Notes under the pieces: model-generated | Database searches by the model: none | What the model was told of the DNA's origin: nothing | Seen by the model: only the letters and a program-made list of their open reading frames with translations | Translations under genes and position numbers: made by a program | Virus record (IMG/VR): IMGVR_UViG_3300042882_000881 | Location: 32,001-96,000 of that record | Strand: one strand, 5' to 3' | DNA length: 64,000 bases | DNA from: a virus | Part shown: one piece after another, positions 11,801 through 20,671 of the stretch | Layout of the letters: each line of letters opens with the position of its first letter | Numbering within the stretch: position 1 is the first letter of the stretch

Positions 11801-12092
11801 TAAGTCTACCATAGTCTTTGGGTCAAAGGTTGATATTTTTGATAAAGCCACGCTATCTTTTGGATCTTATGTTGACAAATTATCTACTACCGCAGGATTA
11901 CTGAGCGATGCTAAGATTACTATGGGTGGTAATTATACTGTGGATGTTAAGGTTAGTGGAGCAGCAGCATTCCAAGCTATTGAAGAAGGCACACAAAAAC
12001 TAATAGATAAAGAAATTGGATTGGCTATGAGAAAATTAGTGAATAAGATTAAAAAAGTAACCGGCATGGATCTAGACTTAGATAGGAGATGA
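2877..12092 (+). CDS. Tail tape measure protein with an internal multi-domain cargo cassette
   Basis: 3071 aa, Ala/Gln/Lys-rich helical; N-terminal TP901-type TMP core (AIQRAGGA..RESAETIATGLRTIFTRI); Gly/Ala-rich hydrophobic segments around 8760-9350; cargo region 4590-7745. Confidence 0.92.
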   Translation: MAKTFNLTAQINLQGPANIKPIVAQIRRELGTINTAIDIKFDTKAAKGVDNLSQKIQSLNSILIETTKNSQILASSLNNLGTSIKGLGSIGKVNSSVSKTAQSITSTAKAVKTASSEMEEFGKQSALAVRRFAAFSVVSAGVFSLVNAVRNGTKAFIEFDKQLIRLQQVTGGGSVGIKSLRDEIINLATTLGVSSESLTEVAVTLAQAGLSAKETQQALAALAKTELAPSFDNMTETTEGAIAAMRQFSIETKDLEKVLGSINAVAAAFAVESSDIITAIQRAGGAFAASSKGVSEGADALNEFIAIFTSVRATTRESAETIATGLRTIFTRIQRGSTIDFLREFNVELTDSEGKFVGPYEGVKRLSEVLKTLDPRDLRFSQIVEELGGFRQIGKVIPLIQQFGEAQKALGVAQRGQGSLTDAQVKAQQSLANQIAKVREQFLALSYAVGESQTFKSLFKIVIGLTSGLIKLASVFKPLLPLIATLGIIQGGKALTKFGSGFISGIKKGGGAGGVGTNLGESLSGVNSEKTAIAAEKTASALTDNTKSITTLTAAVESLTQAINSRGPATLNNGGKVMAFARGGSVPGSGNRDTVPAMLMPGEFVIRKKAVEKLGADNLHKMNKYAYGGTVKDLSKYYKSIPTKKGYENLENQPIRDNSIFKEVKPTDLTTDQIEEWRGSDIPRWKKFEYVLSKNYNLGPPAAEQFALLDFPQSRSEAKFMKKGDTYDDYDSIKGNNEATIAAKNFLYENSLLSGKANLKPDQLLTRAIANKPVTTYWADPTKFAAQGLNKGGLIQKFLLGGTVEETSKLENMTVQDSVIAWLKELGGIQGVKDISGVAGNDRSLDSILRLNNIKSGDNTKLSKAIEAVDRALANKTAKKAREAQSINKALKLGIVGLEPLGFSQDRVFDTGFGKAALLLRGLPNSPEYTDLVGKTRAGVAKLSTDLATGFQTATAFGGSQPIALDFDETLVKGADIFGPDGKPDIPAYDDLNRVKEALQNGQPTELAQKLKSIMDFDPSFIDRIRVLTARPQENANLLAEKLNSIGLPIPASKIQGTRGGGSTKASKLGVAEKLIDDNYDNILAAIAQGKTAKQYAELREIQDAEQRAGGIANAEGAVLQLALSQLGAQGGTIKEAAIDFERGLGLQASQIFGLPPDIPTEVKRTLSSAAIGRAEDEFTRYFKENYGPFPKGSDVYGFNKSTGLPISKFADGGEVYSAKQLVSLAKYRTGNGPGGGTNSEFINRYLEDNDSFMEYLKTFHADPPKAYDATKNAAKDLLEMFSSQESMSGSKRSGKLYSTVAGGKLKTLLTQIGNPLNSNKDISDAIGKTFNLNGSLLSTSESPDTASMFQPENGSSAMLSIIRNKNIPSIDVDKTVFDTATEDDVIKALSKYMDPVSGKSGADYLSRSRSGTRLEREFILPPSSKFRIDDIDRIYTKDQEDKLLGGNIRHIEGMKVQQFKDGGMAFGKENEFEKIRQKILNQYPDINFRISRRKNGFGYNILGGLKQEGSNIGNYAEFKQAGNLSKLQEVADNMASSLLYEYGPNIDPSLLKKMQNKRKFANGGSAQDTVPALLTPGEFVINKKAAQKIGYSKLHQMNKADKIQGYNKGGSVGLVQKFADGGDVRETQDWADALRAIGNSALPDLDDAIEDVAKQFEALGKLDVSKALREAIDPSLNRDQQSRAIGGSARNTAIYENNSVKDSAGNITNVNPGLDALAASIERNIEAQKIFTIEAERAGISLKDFESKVKSQNLEKALSGINQRQDSRGLLRRDFIKSKLTGLDTPDKLSDARDTLISSLSELLKPDEVEKAIDAIISGAEAGQSLEDVAKTSDEVKKALDASIDRTEALSKAEQDLIDNFGELTNSVRITAEELAAFEYKKSGRAQEEFGMLGGFNPSGALAFKNSKTGGGLLSAAQNFQQTAGLGKLPFIGKNIGVFTKALEGLPGPIGNAIKSIGGLPGALAAVTSIIGSEVIPQLLKATNMGTSEIGAGVGGALAEGGSRAVSLGTIGNQLAGPIGGLIGLVTGALSGAIDGFVKAFQTKKLENSIAQLDKSIELVDKSFENLAKKDNLQNITAAQKSLGGISSSFSDLKTQSEISPMERAASGASTSALVAGGAAITALVAVLAGIPTFGFGTAAVLGTAAVVGGVAGGVYGSTMRAPSELDDEALQSSLRAAEKYIEGLNRLAERDIKLKSLSQLEEVTSEIDQINKDLAGGKIGSADAEALKKNKFIELGAKSAQIENAQRSALVNSGINIRADQPLAQQINGNDQAMKIAAAAAEQAAYIAGMDKLKRQYGDNNAMLRKESADRQKVIALGNEELGMQSYQMASTERLIRLTKDMAKETEALVEAYNRALAGIGRFKNELENFVLKTEQNASFFTGEGGMGQTDRTQEQMLRNMTAYTAQELAPVLDNVTSLAGGGEQGKKLTDSIKASKIMQDILPGILRNADARNVGDVTAKVDQALAGQGIGKTVRTTLVDELREYLKKETGNRSGDSFQEVLANFPALADAINTAKKAQEVGIAILEAQNDALDQVNKQLDQYNKYLKQSLQWSIKADQIRLQGAIDLDRALGRTVSLDRLNAPIENEIKALSGINSSDPVAIANQIRADQARAEAINGTNGQRGLMDQAKARGEAGKDEVAKLAKEQADLARASSNAYEALEKLATSGDIASNVLSKIEEERQLGKNFIDFARKVSTQTAEEAIRMNRSFAAFEQTIAGNMNFGNRENRQLAYEGMDTLLPLLRGSTEGNQIIARFTKNMLANQGVDLNKKFGNTGSTIGELIDAGTTGIDPGTQKLIDLYTKAKDAQEQAARELANLNGSAANKYLESTATILNNLYNSLPAIIASALLDPQKAANGQVQAPALQNNAQLPNVPPDPNKPIPVVVQNAQQAGGLANGAPVVGQNIAGPANAQAFNAMATTVPKLDLTMLNTIRSIDTLNVGIVNLGTTVKDLADKLADSSAMVDAMTIFDKSTIVFGSKVDIFDKATLSFGSYVDKLSTTAGLLSDAKITMGGNYTVDVKVSGAAAFQAIEEGTQKLIDKEIGLAMRKLVNKIKKVTGMDLDLDRR
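4587..7745 (+). repeat. Ten protein-level [FYL]xxGG motifs and a duplicated DTVPAxLxPGEFV module within the TMP
   Basis: LNNGG 4587, AFARGG 4611, KYAYGG 4746, GLNKGG 5238, KFLLGG 5265, KFADGG 6501, QFKDGG 7251, KFANGG 7554, GYNKGG 7692, KFADGG 7728; DTVP modules at 4653 and 7581. Confidence 0.9.
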
Positions 12093-13930
12093 TAATGACA
12101 GATTTAACTACTGATAATACAGCAGCCAGAATGTTCTATGTAAAAATGACAGAATCTGCTGGAGAAACAGATAATGAACTTGTTCCATCTCCCAATATTA
12201 ATTTAAGTATAGAAACTTTCTATGCTAATGAGAGCATAATAGGATATACTTATAATATCACCTTAACAGGATATGCGGCCTCAAAACAAGATAGAAATCA
12301 GGATCATGTTCCATCTATCGGCTATGTTGTTGGTAGTATTGCTAAAATACAAAACATATTTGATAATGTTGGAAATGGAGGTAAACTAATAGTTACAACA
12401 CCAGGAACTGGTGCTCCAATGATGATATTTAAAGGAGGTAAAATAAAAAGTATAAATTTTGCCCCTAGTAATAATCAATGGGTTAAATATAGTGAATATA
12501 CTATAGAATTAGAATTTAATGATGTTGAATTATTTGGATGTAATCATGAGACAGTAAAAGGATGCGGTTCAACATTATTTGATGCCGGTAGCAACTCGGA
12601 ATCAACAGGATTGCTCACTGTTCAATCTCAACTTGTTGATCATGGAGCAAATGCTCCTATTGGTTATAAAATCAAAAGCTTTAGTGATAAATTTACTATG
12701 GATTTACAAGACGAAATTTATGACTGGGCTAGAATTGATGATAGTTTAGAATTAAATAATAAAAGATATAATGTTCAGTATACTATAAATGCTGTTGGTC
12801 AACATTATTGGGATGAAACTGGAAATTTATTTCCAGCATGGAAACAAGCTAAAGCATTTTGTCAAGATAGATTAGTTAAACAAATTAATGGTTTGTATAC
12901 TAATATGGCTATGCACTATGCTGGTCCAGAAGAAGAATTTTGTGGAAGCTCTGAAGATTTAACAGAAATTCATAAAATTGAAAGTCCTAGCATACATACT
13001 ACTATTGGGGCGTACAATATATTTGATGAAAAAATTACATTCGGACCTTCAGAATCTGATGGAAGTTTTGAAATCAATTATAGTTCGATCTTAAAACGAA
13101 ATGTTAATACTTGTGTTACACACTCTGATTGTACTCATACATTAAATATAACAAGAGGTGGAACTAAAGAATTTGGTAAACCACAAGCAAGAAGCGCAAC
13201 ACTATCAGGTACAATACAAGGATTATTACGATATACCAATGAGGGTTCAATTATTTGGCCAAACGCCGAAGGATTCAGAATACCAGATAGTCCAAATTCT
13301 ATGGTATTTTTACCACCAAAGGCTGATTTTAAATATAAGTGGAAAGTGGCCAAAGAATTATTAGATAGATTTTTAAATGAATGTTCAGGAGAAATAACAT
13401 GTTCAGCATTAAAAGATATTGTGGTTAAATGTTTGGCACCAAGCTGTTTTCATATTTATCCTGGCCAAGATTCTGTTGATGAATTTAATCCAGCAGATTT
13501 ACTTCCTACTAGCTTCACTATTACACATAACTATGGTCAAGGCTCCATAGATTATTCTGTTGAATTTAGTCCAGAGTCTAGATCAAGGTGTAATGTAACT
13601 ATAAGTACCGAAGAACCAGTTCCAATTACGGCAGAGTTTACTATTCCAGGAAAAGGTATTTATTATCAACCTTTAGGAGGATGTACTCCTAAAAAATGGA
13701 CAATTAATGCTGAAGGATTAGTAGGAACTCCAATGGGATGTAATATGGGTTCTGGAGGAATATCAATTTGTAGTGATCCAATAATAGGATGTGAAGAATA
13801 TATGCCAGATGATAGTCAAGGAACTTATTTACTAATTTCTAAACAGAAAACATATAATCCAATTGATGGATCTTTTAGCTATAATGCTACATGGGTATGT
13901 ACTAATTGCGGTGGATACGGAGGCTGCTGA
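12089..13930 (+). CDS. Putative virion structural protein (distal tail / baseplate)
   Basis: Directly after TMP; beta-rich with tube-like strands (YNITLTGY, YTIELEF, SFSYNATW); start may be 12095 given AGGAG spacing. Confidence 0.55.
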   Translation: MIMTDLTTDNTAARMFYVKMTESAGETDNELVPSPNINLSIETFYANESIIGYTYNITLTGYAASKQDRNQDHVPSIGYVVGSIAKIQNIFDNVGNGGKLIVTTPGTGAPMMIFKGGKIKSINFAPSNNQWVKYSEYTIELEFNDVELFGCNHETVKGCGSTLFDAGSNSESTGLLTVQSQLVDHGANAPIGYKIKSFSDKFTMDLQDEIYDWARIDDSLELNNKRYNVQYTINAVGQHYWDETGNLFPAWKQAKAFCQDRLVKQINGLYTNMAMHYAGPEEEFCGSSEDLTEIHKIESPSIHTTIGAYNIFDEKITFGPSESDGSFEINYSSILKRNVNTCVTHSDCTHTLNITRGGTKEFGKPQARSATLSGTIQGLLRYTNEGSIIWPNAEGFRIPDSPNSMVFLPPKADFKYKWKVAKELLDRFLNECSGEITCSALKDIVVKCLAPSCFHIYPGQDSVDEFNPADLLPTSFTITHNYGQGSIDYSVEFSPESRSRCNVTISTEEPVPITAEFTIPGKGIYYQPLGGCTPKKWTINAEGLVGTPMGCNMGSGGISICSDPIIGCEEYMPDDSQGTYLLISKQKTYNPIDGSFSYNATWVCTNCGGYGGC

Positions 13931-15609
13931 TGACAGAATGTGTTTCTTGTATAGGAGAATGTGAATTTCTAGGATGTAGTGTTCTAGGATTTAATGGAAC
14001 AATAGGATGGGGAACACAAGAAAGCTCTGTCAATATAGATTTAATAGAATATCAGTGTCCTCCTAATGAGATACAAATATTTCAAGGAACAAATCTAATC
14101 GGCTATCCAGTATATTTTCTTTGTGGAGATTTTTTCTTTGGAGGATTATTACAAAATTGGACATATACTCAAAACAGTGGTGGCAAAACATATAACGCTA
14201 GAGTAGTAGATCCTCGTCAAATTTTAGAACAATGTGTTCTTATAACAGATACTTATGCTGGTCCTCCTGTGAGAAGCCTTAATTATTTTGATGTTTATGG
14301 ATATTTTGAAGAGGACGTTTATCTAAACAAGAATTGTTCTTTATTTGGTACGGCAGAAGTTACTGAAAGAGGTATGCCATATACTAAAATAATGGAAGCT
14401 TTAAGGAATATGAATCCCACAATCTGTACTCCTGTGGGAGCCAATTTGGTTATTGATTGGTCAACATTTGATATTCCAGTTCCACAATATTTTAAAATAG
14501 CTGGTCCAAGTATTACAATATTACAATTAATATCTGACATATGCGATGAAGCAGGATATGATTTTTTTGTAACATTAGAACCGGGAAATATTGTTAGAAT
14601 CTATCCTGTTTCACTAAAAAGATATGATCCCATAGAAGATAATTTATTCTTTGGATTTGATAATATTATAGATTTTAGCTATGGTAAAGAATTAAGAATA
14701 ACTAAAACAAGGAATCTATTATTTGGTGAGCAACAACACTATCTTGATGTTATTCCGGCAGAAGATAATTTTGAATTTTATTTTGGAGAACATCCGGTAA
14801 CCAAACAACCAATAACACCATATAAGCGACAATATGGTCAGTTTTGGGTCAACATTGATATTAGAAAACTAAATGTTACTTTAGTAATGCCATTGCCTGT
14901 TGATTATCTTGATATATGCGAATATGACATAAGAACAGCTATGCACAGTGCAGAATCATTCTGGTCTTGGACTGAGAATACAAATACAGTATCAGAACTT
15001 GGTAAATTCATACAATCAACATATGGTACATTATATACTGCTGATAATATGATTGCTGCTGCTGATAAAAGTGCTGTTAATGTATTAAATGCAGTATCTG
15101 ATATAGCATCAATAGCAAATAGCGATAGAGCAAAATCAAATATATTAAATTGGCCACCAATAGCAGAAGATAAACAAAAAATACACGAATGGATAGCAGA
15201 ACTTGGAAGAACATATTATGGGCGCCAATATTTAGTTAAACTCAAAGAAAAAGTATGCATAAGACCTCATCCAGAAGAATTTGGTGAAAAAATGTATACT
15301 GATACTCCAACTAATGATGGAGGTTGGGTAGAACCAGGCATACCAGTTTTAGGATTAGATGATCCAGAATTAGATATGTTTAGAACTGATGATAGTAGAG
15401 TTGGAGCTATGGCACTATTTAGTGCTAGTGGAGACTGCTCATTAAGTGGAACATATAGTGGTAATGGTGGCGGAGAATATGAATACACACTAGGCAGCGG
15501 AGCAGAAATACCAGATGGTGGTGGAACACAATGTACAGATCCTAGCGGAAATCCATGTATTGGTGACCCATATCATCCAGATTATGTCCCAGGATGTGTT
15601 TGTCAATAA
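13930..15609 (+). CDS. Putative baseplate hub / tail tip protein
   Basis: ATG overlapping the upstream TGA; ILQLISDICDEAGYDFFV resembles hub-protein helices; Cys clusters at both termini. Confidence 0.5.
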   Translation: MTECVSCIGECEFLGCSVLGFNGTIGWGTQESSVNIDLIEYQCPPNEIQIFQGTNLIGYPVYFLCGDFFFGGLLQNWTYTQNSGGKTYNARVVDPRQILEQCVLITDTYAGPPVRSLNYFDVYGYFEEDVYLNKNCSLFGTAEVTERGMPYTKIMEALRNMNPTICTPVGANLVIDWSTFDIPVPQYFKIAGPSITILQLISDICDEAGYDFFVTLEPGNIVRIYPVSLKRYDPIEDNLFFGFDNIIDFSYGKELRITKTRNLLFGEQQHYLDVIPAEDNFEFYFGEHPVTKQPITPYKRQYGQFWVNIDIRKLNVTLVMPLPVDYLDICEYDIRTAMHSAESFWSWTENTNTVSELGKFIQSTYGTLYTADNMIAAADKSAVNVLNAVSDIASIANSDRAKSNILNWPPIAEDKQKIHEWIAELGRTYYGRQYLVKLKEKVCIRPHPEEFGEKMYTDTPTNDGGWVEPGIPVLGLDDPELDMFRTDDSRVGAMALFSASGDCSLSGTYSGNGGGEYEYTLGSGAEIPDGGGTQCTDPSGNPCIGDPYHPDYVPGCVCQ

Positions 15610-15619
15610 GGAGTAAATT

Positions 15620-18600
15620 ATGGCATATATACAATATCCTGGCGCAAAATGTGGACAGTTAGATTTAACAAAAATACCAATTGATGACTATTTGGTCATG
15701 GGTAATTCTGCTTGGGTAAGAGCATCCGTTGAGGAAAAGGTTTATTCTGCTGGTACTGACAGAGGCAAGGTAATATTTAAATTCAATGATCCGTGCGTTG
15801 TAACATTATGTCCAAATGATTTTATTGCTGGACAGAATATTGATGCTGCTAGCGAAGCGATAGTATTTGGTCTTAATGTTGCCAACATACCAAGTAATTC
15901 AGCTACTGAATATCAATCAAACTCAAAAACAGAATATTTTCAGGTAGACGCTAGTGATATTACAGTCTCATCTAAAAGAAGAGTAGATTCTGCAAATGCT
16001 AATCAATATAGTATGTTTCCTGCTGCTATTATGCCTTGTGCAGTTGCTGTTCCATTACGATCTAATATCAGACCATATGGTCCATATGCTACTAGTAATT
16101 TTCACAATAGTTGTGGCGGCATAAATGTTGAAGTAGATAAAGATATTGCTCCGTGGGTATTTGGCTCAGTAGACCTTATGAATACTGCTGCCATGATAAG
16201 ACTATCATCTATGGAAACTGATCCATTAGTAATTGGTACAACTGGTAGCGTAACTGTGCCATGTTTACCACAGGTTAGTCTTGGATATTCCATGTTGAGT
16301 GAGGGGCCAGTTTTAAATGGTCTTAGTGTTAATTTTGGTGCAGGAGGAGCATCAACAACATATTCATATCAAACTTTTACTCCAAAGTTCGGATCATTTT
16401 CTGCTAGTACATTAGATAGAATTAAATTAATAGCAAAAAATAGAAGAGAGCAATTAAAATTAATTAGGAATCAACAAATTCTTAATAATAGAATAGCCCG
16501 ACAAAGATCAAAGGTTGATTATAGATCAAATCCAATATTTACAAAACATGACGGTATTGCCAAACAAGCCTCTCTTCACAGAGTCTTTATTGGCGAAATG
16601 ATGGATTGGTGGAAAGACGTTAATTGTTCTGACGGAGTTGGTACTTGTAGCGGTTGTAGCAGTATTGCATTATATGGTCCTTATCAACCGGTATTAAGTA
16701 TTGCTTATGGAAATAGATTAAAATCTAGTCCTAATTTTCGTTCTGGGCCAATGGTTGAAGCAAGACATAATTCTCAGAGAACTGTTGTTGGTTCAGAAAC
16801 ATTAAGTAAACAAACATTAGAATTAAGATGGGACTATGAAAATAAAGCATTCATGAGTATGGATGGCTTACTTGGCCCAATATCAGTCAGTGGAGACGGC
16901 AATCTTCCTCAATATGCAAGATATAATCCAAAATGCCATAGACAAGCCCCATTATCACCACAGCCACCATTCGGTAAATGTTCAACTGTAACAAAAATTG
17001 AATGTAATGATGGATTTAGTAACCAAGGCTCACCAGTAGAGTCGTTGTACTATAATCAAAAAATAGAACAGAAGTTTGAAAATCCTGTTCAAAATCCAAC
17101 AAGTTGCCACCACCATTTGGGCACAGTTCATGGACATATTATTGATATTTTAGGAAGAAAGAAAAGTATCTCTGATCATATGATCATGAATCTGCATAGC
17201 AATCAAGATTATGCTGAAGATTATAGATTCCTAGGATTAAGAGGACCATTAGTATTACACAGTTGGGGATATGATACTTGGGGCAAACCAATACCAAACG
17301 AAGCAGATGTTGAAGCTGATGCTATGGATGGTATATTTAAAGAAGAAAATCTAAAAGATAGATTCTTCTGTGAATGGTTATCAAAGCCAGCAACATGGCC
17401 AGTTGGTCCTATTGATTTAAGATTTGATAGAGACAGAGGAGTTTGGGTTGCTCCACCACAAGACTATAAGGTTATTGTTGTTGAATTAATTCAAAACTTG
17501 GAACCATTTGGTACAGCATTAGCTCAATTAATTAATAAAGATAATGAAGCAAATAAAGATTATGGTCCTAAGCTATGGGACTTTGAAGGTAATGAAATAC
17601 ATGCTACTTCAGACTCATCATCTGATTATGTAGTTACTGTAGAAGATAGAATTAAAGCATCTTATAAGTGTGGCACAAGATTATATGCTCATTATGATAC
17701 ATACTCTTGTAAGTATATAGTATTTGGTCAAGTTCCACCTACTGAAACAACAGATATCATCAGATTCAGATTATACGATAATGCTTGTGCTCCAACAGGT
17801 AGTGGAGTTTGTGATTGGAAAGAATATGCTGGATACAGAGATAAGTTTTTAAATAATCATACTTTTGGAGTTCGTATTAATTGCGATGGTGCTCCAATAG
17901 ATATTGATAAAAAAGTAATTGGACAAGCTGATATAGAAAATACACAAAAGAAACAGCAAGTTCTTGTTAACCTATATGATACTGCTGGTCAACATGGTCC
18001 AGCATATGCACTATATACAACATACGAAGAATGGAAAGAAAAAGCTCATACTGGTTTTGCAGCAAGAATATTTGGATCTAGTCAACCCAATATAGCTCCT
18101 AGCGGACAACAATCTTCTCACGTTTGCGGAGATTGTATTCCTGAAAGTGGATCATCAGTATCTGAATGTGAAGAACTTTGTATAACATTTACTGAAAACG
18201 AAACTCCAGAGCAGGGCAGAGACGAGGTATCTTCATGTGCTTGCACAATGGGATCCACAGAGTGTGGATGTCCAGACCCCAATTTGCCAAACTATGATAT
18301 ACTATTCTTAGAAGGATATGCTAGATTTATACATGCTACACTATTAGAAGATTTATATCCATCTGCTTGTGGAAATAAAACTACTTCTTTTAGTTCAAGC
18401 TGCCCATGTGGAACTGCTGCTGCAAATATAGATGGTGAATTATTCTACGGCAATAGTCCAAATGGTCGTAAGCCAACATTCTATACATCATCAGGACAAA
18501 CCGAATTTAGAATTTTTGATCCATTTCAAGATAGAGAATTCCATAGTCCATTTAAGGATTTAAAAGCAGGACATAGAGTTTTAGCAATTTTTAATGAAAA

Positions 18601-20659
18601 AGAGAAAAAATATTATATATATCAATCACAAACTTTAGATAAATTTATTAAGTTTGCATTAATAGAAGATAAAAAAACTGTTAATCAAATTTGTACAAAA
18701 GCAATTAGAGTTGATAAATTTAATAGACCCATTAATTCTGATGGTAAATTAATACTATCTGATAGTGAATTAGAAGCTCATAAAATTGTAGTTGTAGACC
18801 CAATAGCTGAAAAAGCCTCTTTATATCAACAGTCTCTAAATTTCTCTACTTTAGGTCCAGCTCTAGGATCGTCAAAATATATAGATCATTATAATGGAGA
18901 AACTTTATATAGCTATAATAGAGGAAGTTATAGTGGTAGCATTATTAAACCATTCACTGGCTATGCAAAATATAGAGATACTCCATGCTCAGATGATTGT
19001 GATAATTGTAGTGGACTATCTCCAAATTTACCATCTTATGATATAGTAACATTAGAAAATTTTGCTAATTTTATTGAGTTTGAAGCAGCAGAAGACATAA
19101 TAGCCTGTAATGGTAAAGGTCCATTATGTTCATATTCACCACCACATTATGCTGCTAATTTTTATCATTATTATGATGGTACAGTTCCTGTTGGTCGTAA
19201 GCATACAGAAGGATCTTATCATCATGATAGATTAGTTAATATTAATATATATGATGTTATACCAGACACTGAAGAATATAAAAAGCGTCCAAGTTATATT
19301 GTTGGTGAAATAGTAGGAAATCTCGGACAAGGCTGCAAAGGTATAGCAAAATTAGATTCGAGAAAATCTACCACTGACGAATTAATATATAATATTGTTG
19401 ATGCTCAAACACAAGCATTATTTGGTAAATTTAAAGTGCTTGATTGCACAGGGGCTGGACAATTAAATAATGAATGTGAAGCTTTTAATGACGTTCAATG
19501 TGATCCTAAGCACGTTAGACTATATTGGTTTGGCGGAGGTTTTGAATGGAGTGAAGACGATCCATTAACATGTGCTAGAAGAGGCAATGTTAAAATTATT
19601 AATAAGCATGAGTGGTGCGGCAAGTGGTATCATGAACCATCAAACCATAATGGATCAGTTATTAATACTGATTTAGATGAATATTATATTGATGATGCTT
19701 ATCCAATAGCAAATGTCAAATTTGGCACATACGATGGATGTGGTGTTCCATCAGGATGTGAAGATGCTTGTGATTATCTGGATGGTATTCATCCAACCTG
19801 TTGTCACCCAACTAGTGAAAATTGCATAGGTCCATTCTTATCTTATTCTGGTGCTCAATATGTGGCACAATGGAATGAAGATTCTGCACAATACAATATA
19901 ATAAATGCAGAAGAATCTCCAATTTTAATAGAAGGAACATTATTAAATAATATTGGATGTTGTGTCGGGAATGCTGATGTTGAAGTATATGCAGCAACCA
20001 ATAATGAGGATGGCTTAGAAGCAGAACCAATTAAAACGCTTGTACATAGTTGTGAAAATCCAAGAGGTTGGTGTGGTAATGCTGGAGATCAAATAGTAAT
20101 ACATAGAAGACAAGTTAATAACTGTTATACATATAAAGTATTGAGTATTGGTAAAGTATGTACTCCTGGAGCATCTGTTGAGAGCGGTAATTGTTTATTA
20201 GGACCAACAGAAACTCCTCATGAAATAGCCGGTTGTGATTATAGATATTTTAATGCTAGAATTGAATGTTTCCCAGGATTTGACGAGAGCATAACACAAC
20301 AACTTATGCATGGAAAAGGCTTTGGTTTGATGTGGGAAAAGATTCAATCTTACCAAACAAGAGTAATTCATGGTTGCTGGAATGGATCATCAATTAGCGT
20401 ACAAGGATTTTCTGGCTATGATGGTAAAGATAGTAATGGTAATTCTATTATTGGTCAATCTATAGGAGTAACTAATCCAAATTCTTGCTGTAATTCTGAA
20501 TGTGGAGAAGGTTCTGTATTTAGTGTTCCAGAAGGAGGAACAGCATGGGCCACAGCAACATATATGAATACTGCAAGCGGATGCTTTTGGACATTAACTA
20601 ATGCTGAATGCTGTAATTCTTGCGCCTTCTCAGGATGTGATGAATGTGAAGAATGTTAA
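15620..20659 (+). CDS. Large Cys-rich putative baseplate/tail tip protein with internal duplicated modules
   Basis: 1679 aa, AGGAG RBS, position in the tail module, repeated beta modules. Confidence 0.5.
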   Translation: MAYIQYPGAKCGQLDLTKIPIDDYLVMGNSAWVRASVEEKVYSAGTDRGKVIFKFNDPCVVTLCPNDFIAGQNIDAASEAIVFGLNVANIPSNSATEYQSNSKTEYFQVDASDITVSSKRRVDSANANQYSMFPAAIMPCAVAVPLRSNIRPYGPYATSNFHNSCGGINVEVDKDIAPWVFGSVDLMNTAAMIRLSSMETDPLVIGTTGSVTVPCLPQVSLGYSMLSEGPVLNGLSVNFGAGGASTTYSYQTFTPKFGSFSASTLDRIKLIAKNRREQLKLIRNQQILNNRIARQRSKVDYRSNPIFTKHDGIAKQASLHRVFIGEMMDWWKDVNCSDGVGTCSGCSSIALYGPYQPVLSIAYGNRLKSSPNFRSGPMVEARHNSQRTVVGSETLSKQTLELRWDYENKAFMSMDGLLGPISVSGDGNLPQYARYNPKCHRQAPLSPQPPFGKCSTVTKIECNDGFSNQGSPVESLYYNQKIEQKFENPVQNPTSCHHHLGTVHGHIIDILGRKKSISDHMIMNLHSNQDYAEDYRFLGLRGPLVLHSWGYDTWGKPIPNEADVEADAMDGIFKEENLKDRFFCEWLSKPATWPVGPIDLRFDRDRGVWVAPPQDYKVIVVELIQNLEPFGTALAQLINKDNEANKDYGPKLWDFEGNEIHATSDSSSDYVVTVEDRIKASYKCGTRLYAHYDTYSCKYIVFGQVPPTETTDIIRFRLYDNACAPTGSGVCDWKEYAGYRDKFLNNHTFGVRINCDGAPIDIDKKVIGQADIENTQKKQQVLVNLYDTAGQHGPAYALYTTYEEWKEKAHTGFAARIFGSSQPNIAPSGQQSSHVCGDCIPESGSSVSECEELCITFTENETPEQGRDEVSSCACTMGSTECGCPDPNLPNYDILFLEGYARFIHATLLEDLYPSACGNKTTSFSSSCPCGTAAANIDGELFYGNSPNGRKPTFYTSSGQTEFRIFDPFQDREFHSPFKDLKAGHRVLAIFNEKEKKYYIYQSQTLDKFIKFALIEDKKTVNQICTKAIRVDKFNRPINSDGKLILSDSELEAHKIVVVDPIAEKASLYQQSLNFSTLGPALGSSKYIDHYNGETLYSYNRGSYSGSIIKPFTGYAKYRDTPCSDDCDNCSGLSPNLPSYDIVTLENFANFIEFEAAEDIIACNGKGPLCSYSPPHYAANFYHYYDGTVPVGRKHTEGSYHHDRLVNINIYDVIPDTEEYKKRPSYIVGEIVGNLGQGCKGIAKLDSRKSTTDELIYNIVDAQTQALFGKFKVLDCTGAGQLNNECEAFNDVQCDPKHVRLYWFGGGFEWSEDDPLTCARRGNVKIINKHEWCGKWYHEPSNHNGSVINTDLDEYYIDDAYPIANVKFGTYDGCGVPSGCEDACDYLDGIHPTCCHPTSENCIGPFLSYSGAQYVAQWNEDSAQYNIINAEESPILIEGTLLNNIGCCVGNADVEVYAATNNEDGLEAEPIKTLVHSCENPRGWCGNAGDQIVIHRRQVNNCYTYKVLSIGKVCTPGASVESGNCLLGPTETPHEIAGCDYRYFNARIECFPGFDESITQQLMHGKGFGLMWEKIQSYQTRVIHGCWNGSSISVQGFSGYDGKDSNGNSIIGQSIGVTNPNSCCNSECGEGSVFSVPEGGTAWATATYMNTASGCFWTLTNAECCNSCAFSGCDECEEC

Positions 20660-20671
20660 TAGGACTATAAT

